Source: an uncultured Nitrospiraceae bacterium (lineage in GTDB: Bacteria > Nitrospirota > Nitrospiria > Nitrospirales > Nitrospiraceae). Taken from it: a DNA stretch of 64,000 nt. The notes below the pieces were generated by a model. It made no database searches. It worked only from the letters and a program-made list of their open reading frames with translations, and was not told the DNA's origin. The position numbers and the translations under genes are program-made. Below are positions 1 to 9,541 of this stretch, one piece after another. Where the stretch lies: contig CAWJWJ010000002.1 in assembly GCA_963846575.1 (NCBI GenBank), forward strand, positions 1,440,001 through 1,504,000, written 5' to 3'. Position 1 is the first letter of the stretch, and each line of letters begins with the position of its first letter.

Positions 1-10
1 CGCGACGACG

Positions 11-343
11 TTATTTCTTTTTCGTGGATCGAGTACTCTTCATGACTCGCGTGACCACGCGCTCGACGTTTCCGATCGCCTTGCCTAGTACGGTCCCGAC
101 GGCCCGGCCAACCTGTTTCGCCTTACGTTTCGTGGTTGCAGGAACGAGCGAGGCCTTTTTGGCCTTGCCGGTGACGGTTTTGACGACCTTTTTGACCTTG
201 GTGCTCGAGGCCCCGGCCGCAGCCTTGGTTTTACGCTTGATGGTATGGGCTGCCGGGCCGACTTTCAGGTGGCCTGCCGTTGATTTTTTTTTCGACGGAG
301 TCCTGGTGGCGCGAGTCGTTTTTTTGGTCGTCGTTTTTTTCAA
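11..343 (-). CDS. Lys/Thr/Ala-rich histone H1-like basic protein
   Basis: 110 aa, very K/R-rich low-complexity sequence (KKTTTKKTTRATRTPSKKK...); AAGGAG RBS upstream of the TTG start. Confidence 0.7.
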   Translation of the reverse strand: MKKTTTKKTTRATRTPSKKKSTAGHLKVGPAAHTIKRKTKAAAGASSTKVKKVVKTVTGKAKKASLVPATTKRKAKQVGRAVGTVLGKAIGNVERVVTRVMKSTRSTKKK

Positions 344-552
344 TGTGTCTCCTTTTTTAAGTGATGAGGATCAGTTACCGACAATGGGCTCAAGAATACC
401 AAGTTTGAAAAGGCACACACAACAAAAGATTCTGTCGTCCCGAGATTCTACGATGACGGGGTTGCGTAGGACTGAACGCCCTTGTAGAGTTGACTGAGTA
501 GAACTAGCAGGATCGACGGAAGATTTACCTTCTCTGTTCACGGTGGCCATTC

Positions 553-2349
553 ATGAGTTTCCCCTCCAGAATTGAAGACTATGCGCTGATCGGCGACACG
601 CACACCGCGGGGCTCGTGTCGCGTGAGGGATCGCTGGACTGGTTGTGCCTCCCGCGTTTTGATTCCCCCGCATGTTTCGCGGGCCTCCTGGGAACGCCCG
701 ATCATGGCCGCTGGCTCATTACGCCTCAGGGCGAGATCGCCAGCATCCGTCGTCGCTACAGGGGAGACACGTTGGTGCTGGAAACGGAGTATGTGACCGA
801 AAGCGGGACGGCGACCGTCATCGACTTCATGCCGCCTCGCGATCGTGAGATCAATGTCGTGCGAATCGTGTTCGGTAACAGGGGAACCGTGCGGATGAAG
901 ATGGAGTTGACCATCCGCTTCGACTATGGATCGATTGTGCCATGGGTCAGCCATCACAAGCGCCTGCTCAAGGCGGTAGCCGGGCCGGATGCCGTCTACC
1001 TCGACACCGAAGTGGAATTGCGAGGAATAGGATTCTCGACCGTCGCTGATTTTACGGTGACGGAGGGCCAGGAAATTCCCTTCACCCTGACCTGGCGGGC
1101 CTCTCACGATGATCCGCCGAAACCCGTGATCACCGAACGAGCCCTGTCTGAGACCCAGTACTGGTGGGAAAAATGGTCGAGCCGTTGCACCTATGAAGGG
1201 CCCTGGCGCGATGCGGTGGTCCGTTCACTGATCACTCTCAAGGCATTGACCTACGCTCCGACAGGAGGAATCGTGGCGGCTCCGACCACGTCTCTCCCCG
1301 AGCTGCTGGGCGGAACGCGCAATTGGGACTACCGGTATTGCTGGATTCGCGATGCCACCTTCACTCTCTTTTCCCTCCTTGTGGCCGGATACCGCAGTGA
1401 AGCCCAAGCCTGGCGGGAATGGTTGCTGCGGGCCGTGGCGGGGAAGCCCTCCGACTTACAGATCATGTACGGGATCGGTGGAGAGCGGCGCCTGACCGAG
1501 TTGGAATTGAAATGGCTGCCGGGGTACGAGGACTCAACGCCTGTGCGGATCGGCAATGCGGCGTCGGAGCAATTTCAACTCGACGTCTACGGCGAAATTA
1601 TGGATGCGTTGCACCAGGCCAGGGACTTGGGATTGGCGGCGAGTGAAGACTCGTGGCGCGTACAACATGCGCTGATGGATTTTCTCGAATCCGCATGGGA
1701 TCGCCCGGACGAGGGGATCTGGGAGGTGCGGGGGCCCCGGCGGCACTTTACCCATTCTAAAGTCATGGCCTGGGTGGCGGTGGACCGGGCCATCAAAGCC
1801 GTCGAACGTTTCCACGTGGATGGGCCTCTCGAACGATGGCGCGCGCTTCGCGCCACGATCCACGAGCAGGTGTGTCTTGAAGGGTATGACCGGCATCGGG
1901 AGACCTTCGTGCAATATTACGGTTCGACATCCTTGGATGGCAGCCTCCTGATGATTCCTCTGGTTGGGTTTCTTCCTCCCTCCGACCCGCGGGTCCGCGG
2001 TACGCTGCGGGCGATCGAACGCGACTTGACGGAGGACGGGTTGGTCATGCGGTATCGTCCGAGGCAAGACATGGACGGGCTCCCGGGTGGAGAGGGGATG
2101 TTTCTGCCCTGTTCGTTCTGGCTGGTTGATAATCTGGTCCTGGCAGACCGGCACGAGGAGGCTCGGGCCCTCTACGACCGGTTGATCGGATTACGCAATG
2201 ACGTGGGTCTGCTGTCGGAAGAGTACGACTTGAAGCATAAACGGCTGATCGGGAATTTTCCGCAGGCTTTTTCTCACGTGTCCCTGGTGGACTCGGCGTA
2301 TGGATTCACGCGTATAGAAAGCCCATCTGAACATCGGCAGCGCAGCTGA
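553..2349 (+). CDS. Glycoside hydrolase family 15 (glucoamylase/trehalase-like)
   Basis: IEDYALIGD N-terminus; RNWDYRYCWIRD, QLDVYGE, GLLSEEYD and GNFPQAFSH motifs. Confidence 0.93.
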   Translation: MSFPSRIEDYALIGDTHTAGLVSREGSLDWLCLPRFDSPACFAGLLGTPDHGRWLITPQGEIASIRRRYRGDTLVLETEYVTESGTATVIDFMPPRDREINVVRIVFGNRGTVRMKMELTIRFDYGSIVPWVSHHKRLLKAVAGPDAVYLDTEVELRGIGFSTVADFTVTEGQEIPFTLTWRASHDDPPKPVITERALSETQYWWEKWSSRCTYEGPWRDAVVRSLITLKALTYAPTGGIVAAPTTSLPELLGGTRNWDYRYCWIRDATFTLFSLLVAGYRSEAQAWREWLLRAVAGKPSDLQIMYGIGGERRLTELELKWLPGYEDSTPVRIGNAASEQFQLDVYGEIMDALHQARDLGLAASEDSWRVQHALMDFLESAWDRPDEGIWEVRGPRRHFTHSKVMAWVAVDRAIKAVERFHVDGPLERWRALRATIHEQVCLEGYDRHRETFVQYYGSTSLDGSLLMIPLVGFLPPSDPRVRGTLRAIERDLTEDGLVMRYRPRQDMDGLPGGEGMFLPCSFWLVDNLVLADRHEEARALYDRLIGLRNDVGLLSEEYDLKHKRLIGNFPQAFSHVSLVDSAYGFTRIESPSEHRQRS

Positions 2350-2383
2350 CGCGAAGTCAGCCACCTGCATCGGAGGAGAATGT

Positions 2384-3079
2384 ATGAGCGGCAGATTCTT
2401 CTTAGCGGTCACCGCGGCCCTCTCGCTCTCCTGTGCCGCCGTTGTCGATCCTTCCGGTGCCGAGGCAGCCGACCGCCCCTCGCCCGCGGAGACGGCGAAG
2501 GATGAACTGTTCGATCAAGCGCCCGCGGCACAAGGTACGATCGAGCGCTATCTGCTGGACCCCCGTGGTGAAGTGGAAGGACTGCTGCTTGCGAACGGTC
2601 CCTATATGTATGTCACCTCCCGTGCGGCAGAACAGCTGCTGCGAGCTCTCAAGCTTGGAGATCAGGTGCGGGTCTATGGCCGGCCTATTCCAGCGGAAGG
2701 ATTGGTACTACCCGATGTGATCAAAAATCTCACCCGTAGGACTACGTTCATTGTGCCGGTCCGTTTGGACCTGCCGCTGCCGGAACAGGAATCTCGGTTA
2801 TCGGTGACGGAACTGTATGCCTCGGGAACGATTCGCGTCTTGCTCTATCATCCCTTCAAGCACGTGGTGCAGGGCCTTATCCTGTCGGACCAGACGCAGG
2901 TCCGTCTGCCGCTCGATGCAAGTGAGGAACTACGACGCTCGTTTCATGTCGGTGATACGGTGACGGTGAGGGGAAACGGGACTCTGAACCAGTTCGGTCG
3001 AGCGATTGAGGCGCTTGCCATCGGCCGGGACCCCGGATCACTCTCCACGCTGGATGCGTCCCTGCACAGGCTGCCGTAG
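2384..3079 (+). CDS. Exported hypothetical protein with two internal OB-fold-like repeats
   Basis: Signal peptide; repeated GTI...GL(L/I)L...GD(Q/T)VxVxG unit; GGAGGAG RBS. Confidence 0.7.
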   Translation: MSGRFFLAVTAALSLSCAAVVDPSGAEAADRPSPAETAKDELFDQAPAAQGTIERYLLDPRGEVEGLLLANGPYMYVTSRAAEQLLRALKLGDQVRVYGRPIPAEGLVLPDVIKNLTRRTTFIVPVRLDLPLPEQESRLSVTELYASGTIRVLLYHPFKHVVQGLILSDQTQVRLPLDASEELRRSFHVGDTVTVRGNGTLNQFGRAIEALAIGRDPGSLSTLDASLHRLP

Positions 3080-3092
3080 TCGCGGTGCCGCG

Positions 3093-3944
3093 TTACTGGC
3101 CCACCTTAACTCTCGGTGACATCTGTTCGATGGCCCAGATCGGCCCCTTCGGGTACAGACTCCCTTCAAACCGCACAAAAGCCGGCACGTCCTTCTTGAT
3201 CAACCAGAAATGGTAATCCGGCGGGGTTTTTCCAAACAGTGAGGCGAGCCCCCCGACGAACCACCCCAGTTGAGGGTGCAAGATGTAGTGTTCGGCGGTG
3301 GCCTTGGTGTCCTTGCGGGTGGTGTTTCGCGTTTCGTTGCTGTCGACCAATTTCAGTTCGACGGTGTAGATGGTGGGCTCAGGGTCGAAGGCGACCATGT
3401 GGACAGACGCTCCGGTCTTGCCGCGAAGGTTCTTGAGCGCGGTGATCGTCATCCCGTTGTACACATCAGCGGGAAGGTCCAAGCGTCCGGATGTCACCTG
3501 TTCTTCCTTCGGCTTTTCGTGCTGTCTCACCTGATATTCCCCCGTCTTTCCGTTCAGGGAAATGGTCAGCGGTTCGGGGAAGGCTGGCCCGCGTTGCTCC
3601 AACTGATAACTCAGCAGAGCGAGCTGTTTGTTTTGTGAGTAGGTCACCGTTTCGTCGTAGACCGAGCCGTCGGTGAACTGGAAGGTCAGGCGGCTCACGA
3701 CTCGATCGGCTCCCGTCGTCACCTGACTGAGTTCTCCGTCCGCTAGTTTCTTGTCATCCATTGTCTTGAGCGTGACGAATCCCTGGCTGACTCCTTCGTG
3801 ATACAACACGTCGATGGGGGCTGCATGTAGACTCAGGGGCAGGAGGAACAGCCCGGCCATGACTATGGCGGGCAACACCGCCCCGAGCCGGAAGGGAGCG
3901 AGGCGCATCGCAAGCTGACACGATTGAATAAAATGACTCACCAC
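3093..3944 (-). CDS. Exported hypothetical protein
   Basis: 283-aa ORF with hydrophobic signal ending LHA; start uncertain (GTG 3944 or ATG 3908). Confidence 0.7.
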   Translation of the reverse strand: MVSHFIQSCQLAMRLAPFRLGAVLPAIVMAGLFLLPLSLHAAPIDVLYHEGVSQGFVTLKTMDDKKLADGELSQVTTGADRVVSRLTFQFTDGSVYDETVTYSQNKQLALLSYQLEQRGPAFPEPLTISLNGKTGEYQVRQHEKPKEEQVTSGRLDLPADVYNGMTITALKNLRGKTGASVHMVAFDPEPTIYTVELKLVDSNETRNTTRKDTKATAEHYILHPQLGWFVGGLASLFGKTPPDYHFWLIKKDVPAFVRFEGSLYPKGPIWAIEQMSPRVKVGQ

Positions 3945-3979
3945 ATCAACATCCTACTCATCATCCGCCGGTCCCGGTA

Positions 3980-3995
3980 CTGGAGATCCGCCTAG
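3980..3995 (-). promoter_or_regulatory. CTAGGG-N4-CCCTAG-type box (CTGGAGATCCGCCTAG)
   Basis: Minus-strand -10 TAGGAT at 3956-3951, 23 nt from the box. Confidence 0.65.
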
Positions 3996-4126
3996 TCGTG
4001 AGCTGCTGCCGGCATTTATTCCAGCCGACCATTGGCAGAGGCCCATTGCGGCACGGTCGCCTGGACTAGCGCCGGAAGACGTTCGCTTCATCAGATCTAA
4101 AATACTCGACCATTTCCATGACAGGT

Positions 4127-4142
4127 CTAGGGGTTTCGCTAG
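4127..4142. promoter_or_regulatory. Palindromic box CTAGGGGTTTCGCTAG in a divergent intergenic region
   Basis: Exact reverse complement of the box at 27812; -10-like TATTTT (minus, gap 22) and TATAAG (plus, gap 24). Confidence 0.75.
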
Positions 4143-4227
4143 GGGGCAGGGGGCAGGCGACTGTCTTATAAGAAAACACCGGCGCGCTGTACTCACACAA
4201 TTTTTTCGAAGGGGCCCATACCGTTCC

Positions 4228-5553
4228 ATGGTCGGAATACGTTCTCAAACAGTTCGGATGTTCCTGATAATCGTAGGCGTGTGGATCACAGGGTATGGCA
4301 TAGGCGACTCGGGATATGCGGCGGAAAAGGCGGAGGAGCCGACGCCCATCGCGGGTGAGCCCTTTCGCACGAGGCTGTTCGGCGAGGATATTTATGTGCC
4401 GTCTCGCGACCGGAGAAGTGTCACTGCGGCGAGTTTCGGCATTCAGGCCATCCCGAACGGACCGAGTCAGATGGAGGTCTTACCGTTCGGCGCCCTGTAT
4501 GTCTGGCGAAACTGGGATAACGATAACCGTCGTCTCCGCGGCACATTCTCCGGAGTCGTCAACGACGTGGACTACACGATCGGCCTGCGGGAATACCCCA
4601 ACTGGTCGTTGCTCTTTACCTGGGATAACTTCATCCTTCCGATGGGCCGTTCAGAATATGTGCAGGGGCAGCGTCAACGGGGAACGGAACTGGAGTGGAG
4701 TTATGCCTTTGCCGGCGCCGGCATCGGTTACCGGTTGCCGGTGCATCCCTTCAGCCAGGACAGTGCCGTCAACATTTCACTCACCTATGAAGCGGGCTAT
4801 CGCTGGTTCAAGGGGACCGGCCATACGTCTGCCCAATATGGTGTTCCGAAAGACACTTACGAAGGGCGCATTCATTTTCGGGTCCGCGCGGACTCCTTGA
4901 AACGAAATCTCATGGAACTGCCTCATGAAGGCTTTACCATGGGCGGCGATGTGCTTCATGGCCATCGGGCGAAGTGGGACCAATGGGGCGGGGCGCCCTT
5001 CGATACGCCGGACTTCAAAAAAGAACAGACGTACATCCAGGCCAGCGCCTACGCGTTGATGGCCACGGGCCTTCCCTTCATCGAGAGCGACAAACATCGT
5101 CTCATGACCAGTGTCCATGCAGGAATCGGGAAGGATCTGGACCGGTTTTCGACTTTTCGGCTACCGGGGCGGCCGACCGGGTATGAGTGGGAGGCCATCT
5201 CGCTCCCCATGATCCATGGAGTGGCCTTTAACGAACTCTTTCCGACGCGCTATGCGGTCGCTAATCTGCAATACCGGTATGAAGCGCTTTTTTTCCTCTA
5301 TCCCTATCTGGAGGCGACATGGGGGCTGGTCGAGCGTCCTGTGTTTACCAACAGCAACGCGACTGCGGTCAAAAGTATCACCGACTCCTTGCCGGCATTG
5401 GGTGGCGGGCTGGTCACGGGGGCGCCATGGAGATCTCAGCTGGAACTGAATTACACCTATAATTTCGGCATTTATCGCGATCCCGGCGGCGCGCCTCCGA
5501 CCAAGGGCGGTCACGGATTGATTCTTTTCTGGTCCAAGGAACTCGGAAAATAG
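4228..5553 (+). CDS. Probable outer-membrane beta-barrel protein
   Basis: Signal peptide (YAA-E); alternating aromatic beta-strand pattern; C-terminal LILFWSKEL strand. Confidence 0.6.
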   Translation: MVGIRSQTVRMFLIIVGVWITGYGIGDSGYAAEKAEEPTPIAGEPFRTRLFGEDIYVPSRDRRSVTAASFGIQAIPNGPSQMEVLPFGALYVWRNWDNDNRRLRGTFSGVVNDVDYTIGLREYPNWSLLFTWDNFILPMGRSEYVQGQRQRGTELEWSYAFAGAGIGYRLPVHPFSQDSAVNISLTYEAGYRWFKGTGHTSAQYGVPKDTYEGRIHFRVRADSLKRNLMELPHEGFTMGGDVLHGHRAKWDQWGGAPFDTPDFKKEQTYIQASAYALMATGLPFIESDKHRLMTSVHAGIGKDLDRFSTFRLPGRPTGYEWEAISLPMIHGVAFNELFPTRYAVANLQYRYEALFFLYPYLEATWGLVERPVFTNSNATAVKSITDSLPALGGGLVTGAPWRSQLELNYTYNFGIYRDPGGAPPTKGGHGLILFWSKELGK

Positions 5554-5643
5554 GCCCTCAAAGAAATGCAAGCATGCGGCTTGATGCGGAAAGGGGCTCG
5601 CACAGGAGAATAAGAGCCCCTCGCTATCGAGGACCCTGGAGTG

Positions 5644-5659
5644 GTAGGATCTTGCCATC
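5644..5659 (+). promoter_or_regulatory. Degenerate box (GTAGGATCTTGCCATC) upstream of response regulator 1
   Basis: Left half matches the consensus; strong -10 TAGAAT at 5682 (gap 22). Confidence 0.45.
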
Positions 5660-5774
5660 GCAGCAAGTCGGTGAGGTAGGATAGAATGCACCCTCGCGTG
5701 AAGACAACCGACTGAGTGATGGAAGGCATGGCGCAGAACTTGACCACCCTCATTACAAGCCTGGGAGCGAAAGC

Positions 5775-6461
5775 ATGAAGCCGAGAGTCCTCATTGCTGA
5801 TGACCATACCCTTGTCGCTGAAGGCGTTGAAAAACTCCTGGAACACGAGTTTCAGTTATGCGGGAGGGTGGCCGACGGACGGGCGCTGGTGCGGGCAGTC
5901 GAAAAGGAAAAACCGGATATCGCGCTCGTGGACATTGCCCTGCCACTGCTGAACGGGCTGGATGCGTGTCGTCAAATCAAAAAGACGATGCCCGAAGTGA
6001 AGCTCCTCATCTTGACGATGCATAGCGAACAATATTTCGTGACGGAGGCGTTTCGGGCGGGGGTGTCTGGATACGTCCTGAAACAGTCCGTCGCGGAGGA
6101 ATTGGTCTTTGCCATCAAGGAAGTGCTGAAGGGGCGACTCTATGTGTCGCCCAGCGTGGCGGAGAACCTGGTCGAACAGGCGTTGAATCCCGGGGAAGCC
6201 AGCTCCGCGGGAGCCCTGCCGGGAGGATCGGATAAGCTCAGCGCGCGGCAGCGTGAAGTTCTGCAGTTGATCGCTGAGGGCCAGTCAACCAAAGAGATTG
6301 CCTCCACGTTGAACGTCTCGATCAAGACGATCGAGTTTCACAAAACCCGTATTATGAAACAACTGGGCGTGCACAGCACGGCTGAACTCACGAAACACGC
6401 GATTTCCATTGGTCTCATTGCCATGCCTCAGCAGCCCACCATGCCGGGTCCCCGGCAATAG
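5775..6461 (+). CDS. NarL/FixJ/LuxR-family response regulator
   Basis: REC (IADDH, LVDIALP, GYVLK) plus LuxR HTH (LSARQREVLQLIAEGQSTKEIA...SIKTIEFHK). Confidence 0.95.
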   Translation: MKPRVLIADDHTLVAEGVEKLLEHEFQLCGRVADGRALVRAVEKEKPDIALVDIALPLLNGLDACRQIKKTMPEVKLLILTMHSEQYFVTEAFRAGVSGYVLKQSVAEELVFAIKEVLKGRLYVSPSVAENLVEQALNPGEASSAGALPGGSDKLSARQREVLQLIAEGQSTKEIASTLNVSIKTIEFHKTRIMKQLGVHSTAELTKHAISIGLIAMPQQPTMPGPRQ

Positions 6462-6609
6462 CGCCAGCTCCGTCGCCGTACTTCGGTGCGGTCCCCCAAT
6501 CTCCAAGACCGGTTGTTACACGAGAATGCTCCCCTGACCCGGCATCAGCCAGTCAGTGAATGAGCTATGAGGCGTGGGTTTTGATTCCGGAGCGGAGCCT
6601 GGATCGCCC

Positions 6610-7266
6610 TTAGGGGTGATGCTCGTCCAGTTTGGTCAATCCTTGCGACAATGCGAAGCGCGTCAATTCGGCGGTGGTGCGAATCCCGAGCCGCCGGGTA
6701 ATGTTCCCCTTATGAAACTCCACCGCCTTTGTGGACACTTGCATGCTGTCCGCGATTTCTTTCGTCGACAGCCCCTTCGTCAATAGCTGTAACACTTCCT
6801 GTTGCCGGGGTGTGAGTTTCGAGGAAAATCCTTCCGGTTTCACCCAGGGCGTTTCGATGGCATCCTGAACCTCCAGGGAGAGCTGCGGCGAAATGTACCG
6901 TTGATTTTTCATGGCCGCAGCCAGTGCGCTGAGCAGTTCAGTCGAGGCTGATTGTTTCAGGACGTAGGCGGAGGCCCCTGCCGCAAAGGCTTGCGTAATG
7001 TAGAAGGGCTCGCTCATCATGGTGACAAAAATCAGCTTGGCATGGGGAACTGCCGCCTTTAACTGCCGCGCGACGTCGAGGCCGTTGAGGGTGGGCATGG
7101 AAATATCCAAGAGGATGACGTCAGGGGCAAGTTTTGGAGCAACGGCCAGCAACTCCTGCCCATTCGAGGCGGTGCCCACGACCGTATATTCCGGTTCGAG
7201 CAATTGTCGATACGCTTCCAACACAATACTGTGATCGTCGGCAATAACAAGTCGTGCTTTGGACAC
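6610..7266 (-). CDS. NarL/FixJ/LuxR-family response regulator
   Basis: REC (IADDH, LLDISMP) plus LuxR HTH (LTPRQQEVLQLL...STKAVEFHK); convergent paralog of 5775..6461. Confidence 0.95.
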   Translation of the reverse strand: MSKARLVIADDHSIVLEAYRQLLEPEYTVVGTASNGQELLAVAPKLAPDVILLDISMPTLNGLDVARQLKAAVPHAKLIFVTMMSEPFYITQAFAAGASAYVLKQSASTELLSALAAAMKNQRYISPQLSLEVQDAIETPWVKPEGFSSKLTPRQQEVLQLLTKGLSTKEIADSMQVSTKAVEFHKGNITRRLGIRTTAELTRFALSQGLTKLDEHHP

Positions 7267-7436
7267 GGGACTCCTTTGCTTACGGTCTATCTACTGGAAT
7301 CTTTTTGAAAGTGAACCTGCACATTCTTCAGCCTTAGGGTAGCAGGGTACAGGGTGGTTTCATAGACTGAAGAATCATCTCCCCCCAAGTACATTAATTT
7401 AGTTCTTATTTACCATAGTTTCCAACTGACTACGGC

Positions 7437-7478
7437 CTAGGAAAGCCCCCAGACATGTCGTGCCAGGGCTTCGCCTAG
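7437..7478. promoter_or_regulatory. Pair of boxes (CTAGGAAAGCCCCCAG 7437-7452; CCAGGGCTTCGCCTAG 7463-7478) between regulator 2 and sod
   Basis: Minus -10-like TAAATA at 7412 (gap 24); plus TG-n-TAGCGT at 7502 (gap 23). Confidence 0.7.
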
Positions 7479-7629
7479 TGGGGATGGTCAAGGGCCCATG
7501 GTAGCGTTCGCCGTAGATCCAACGCGCACATGTCCCTTGATTTTGGATGAGTCGGTACCACAATTCTATTTGCGAATTCTATTTGCGCTGACCGCTGACG
7601 AAAGTTCTAACCCGGGAGGGAGACCGGAC

Positions 7630-8280
7630 ATGAAACAATCGGAACAATATCGGGTCAAGTCGTATGATCTCTATGGGCTGTCAGGCATTTCCGATCACAC
7701 CCTGCAGGTGCATTTTGGCCTCTATGAGGGCTACGTCAAAGCTTCGAATGGCCTGCGGGCGCAGCTCAATGAATATATGAAGGACGGCAAGGTCGATCAG
7801 GAAGAAATGCCGGCCTATTCCGAACTCACGCGGCGCCTGGGATTCGAGTACAACGGGATGGTCCTCCACGAATATTATTTCGGTAATCTGAGCCGAGGCG
7901 GGTCTGACCGGCCGGCAGGGGGATTCAGCCAGGCCATCGAGCAGAGTTTCGGCAGTTTCGACCGGTGGAAGGCGGATTTTTGCAGTGTCGGCTTAATGAG
8001 GGGAGTGGGGTGGGCCATTTGCAACATCGATCCTTCAAGCGGACGAGTGTCCAATCATTGGATCACGCTTCACGAACATGGCAACGTCGCCGGTTTCGTA
8101 CCCATCCTCGTCATGGATGTGTGGGAACATGCCTACCTTCTCGACTACAAACCGTCCGAGCGGAAACAGTATATCGAAGCATTTTTTTCCAACATCCACT
8201 GGAATATCGTCGAGGAACGGCTTCAGGCGGCGTTAGCTTCCGGGGTAGTAGCGCCCCGGGGAGGCATGGTGACGTCATGA
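7630..8280 (+). CDS. sod: Fe/Mn superoxide dismutase
   Basis: Metal ligands H (VHFGLY), H (NGMVLHEYYF) and DVWEHAY; GGAGGGAG RBS before ATG 7630. Confidence 0.9.
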   Translation: MKQSEQYRVKSYDLYGLSGISDHTLQVHFGLYEGYVKASNGLRAQLNEYMKDGKVDQEEMPAYSELTRRLGFEYNGMVLHEYYFGNLSRGGSDRPAGGFSQAIEQSFGSFDRWKADFCSVGLMRGVGWAICNIDPSSGRVSNHWITLHEHGNVAGFVPILVMDVWEHAYLLDYKPSERKQYIEAFFSNIHWNIVEERLQAALASGVVAPRGGMVTS

Positions 8281-8438
8281 TATCGGACAGCCTGCAGGCT
8301 CCCGGCCCCGAGCCTAACCCGAATCCCGATCCTTCTCCCCTGCCCGAGCCGGGCCCGTTTCCGCCACAGCCATTTCCTCCGCCGGTTCCGCCCCAACCGG
8401 TTCGGCCGCCGATTCCTCAGTTGCGGGGAGCACGGTAG
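8277..8438 (+). CDS. Small proline-rich peptide (53 aa)
   Basis: ATGA overlap with the sod stop; MISDSLQAPGPEPNPNPDPSPLPEPGPFPPQPFPPPVPPQPVRPPIPQLRGAR. Confidence 0.5.
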   Translation: MISDSLQAPGPEPNPNPDPSPLPEPGPFPPQPFPPPVPPQPVRPPIPQLRGAR

Positions 8439-8459
8439 AACGACGGTGACGGCTCAGGC

Positions 8460-8475
8460 CTAGAGGTTTCGCCAG
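8460..8475 (+). promoter_or_regulatory. Box CTAGAGGTTTCGCCAG
   Basis: TG-n-CAGCAT -10-like element at 8499 (gap 23). Confidence 0.55.
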
Positions 8476-8597
8476 TACCGCATGCTCTGGATTTGTGACA
8501 GCATCGCGGGACGTGAGGTATGAGGTATTGAAGTATGTGGTGCGAATGCCTGACAGGCTGGCGCGAGAAATTATTACCAACGACGGAGCCTATCCAG

Positions 8598-8894
8598 ATG
8601 GAATCTTCAGAAAAAGCCGACATTATTCGACGCTGGATTGATCCCGATGAACGAGTGACCGTCGACTTTGAAAACGAGCGCGATCTAAACGCGCAGGTGA
8701 TTGAATGCGACAATCAGACGGTCACGGTTCTCTTGGAGACGGCGTTCCCGCATTATAAACAGCACCTGACTCTGCCTCTGAGCATGCTTTCCGTGGGGGA
8801 GGACAAGACGCACTATACGAGGGATCCGGACAAGCCGGTCCGTTATGGACGGCTTCGTTTGACGGTGCATGAGGACCGCCCCCAGACGGTCTAA
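8598..8894 (+). CDS. Hypothetical protein (98 aa, small beta domain)
   Basis: Clean ORF, GGAG before ATG 8598, protein-like composition. Confidence 0.65.
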   Translation: MESSEKADIIRRWIDPDERVTVDFENERDLNAQVIECDNQTVTVLLETAFPHYKQHLTLPLSMLSVGEDKTHYTRDPDKPVRYGRLRLTVHEDRPQTV

Positions 8895-8992
8895 GCGGGA
8901 AGGGGTTGGCAGGTCTCTCTGATGCGTTCCAGGCAGCTCCGGATCACGGAAGGAAAACATGTGCTGCACACCTCTGAGTCTAGGAGTGGACG

Positions 8993-9382
8993 GTGACCGT
9001 ACAGCAGGGCTGGCTCACAAATGAGAATAGGACCGTCAGGAACGTGATGAGTCAGTCGCTCACAGTTGCGTCGCCCCAGACCAGCCTGCAGGAGGCGACC
9101 GATCTGATGAGGAATTTAGAGGTCCCTGTCATCGTGGTGTATGACGGCACACATCTCGCCGGTTTGCTCAGCGAACGCGACGCCATGTCGCATCTCAGTC
9201 AGGAACGCCCTCAGGACGTCGCGCTCAGCAGCGTCATGAGAACGAACGTTCCCTGTTGCCTGGACGACGATCGCCTGTCCGATGCTATCACGCTCATGCG
9301 CGCTGCCGATGCCGATTGGCTGCCCGTTCTGGATCACCGTGACCATCTGGTGGGAATCCTCTCCCGGCACATGTCGACTTAA
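8993..9382 (+). CDS. CBS-domain pair protein
   Basis: TVRNVMS...LAGLLSERD and VMRTNV...LPVLD...LVGILS motifs; AGGAG RBS. Confidence 0.85.
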   Translation: MTVQQGWLTNENRTVRNVMSQSLTVASPQTSLQEATDLMRNLEVPVIVVYDGTHLAGLLSERDAMSHLSQERPQDVALSSVMRTNVPCCLDDDRLSDAITLMRAADADWLPVLDHRDHLVGILSRHMST

Positions 9383-9453
9383 ATTACTGCGGTGCCGTCC
9401 TCTCGTCTCACGCTCAGCGTACAGACTCGAACTAGGCCTCAGCCGGTCAGAGA

Positions 9454-9469
9454 CTGGGGCTCTGCCTAG
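9454..9469 (+). promoter_or_regulatory. Box CTGGGGCTCTGCCTAG
   Basis: -10 TAGGCT at 9493 (gap 23). Confidence 0.7.
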
Positions 9470-9541
9470 TTAGTCTTACGGACTTCCTCAACTAGGCTGA
9501 GGAGTCGAATCATTTGTCTGAAGAACCAGGGAGTCTTCCTC

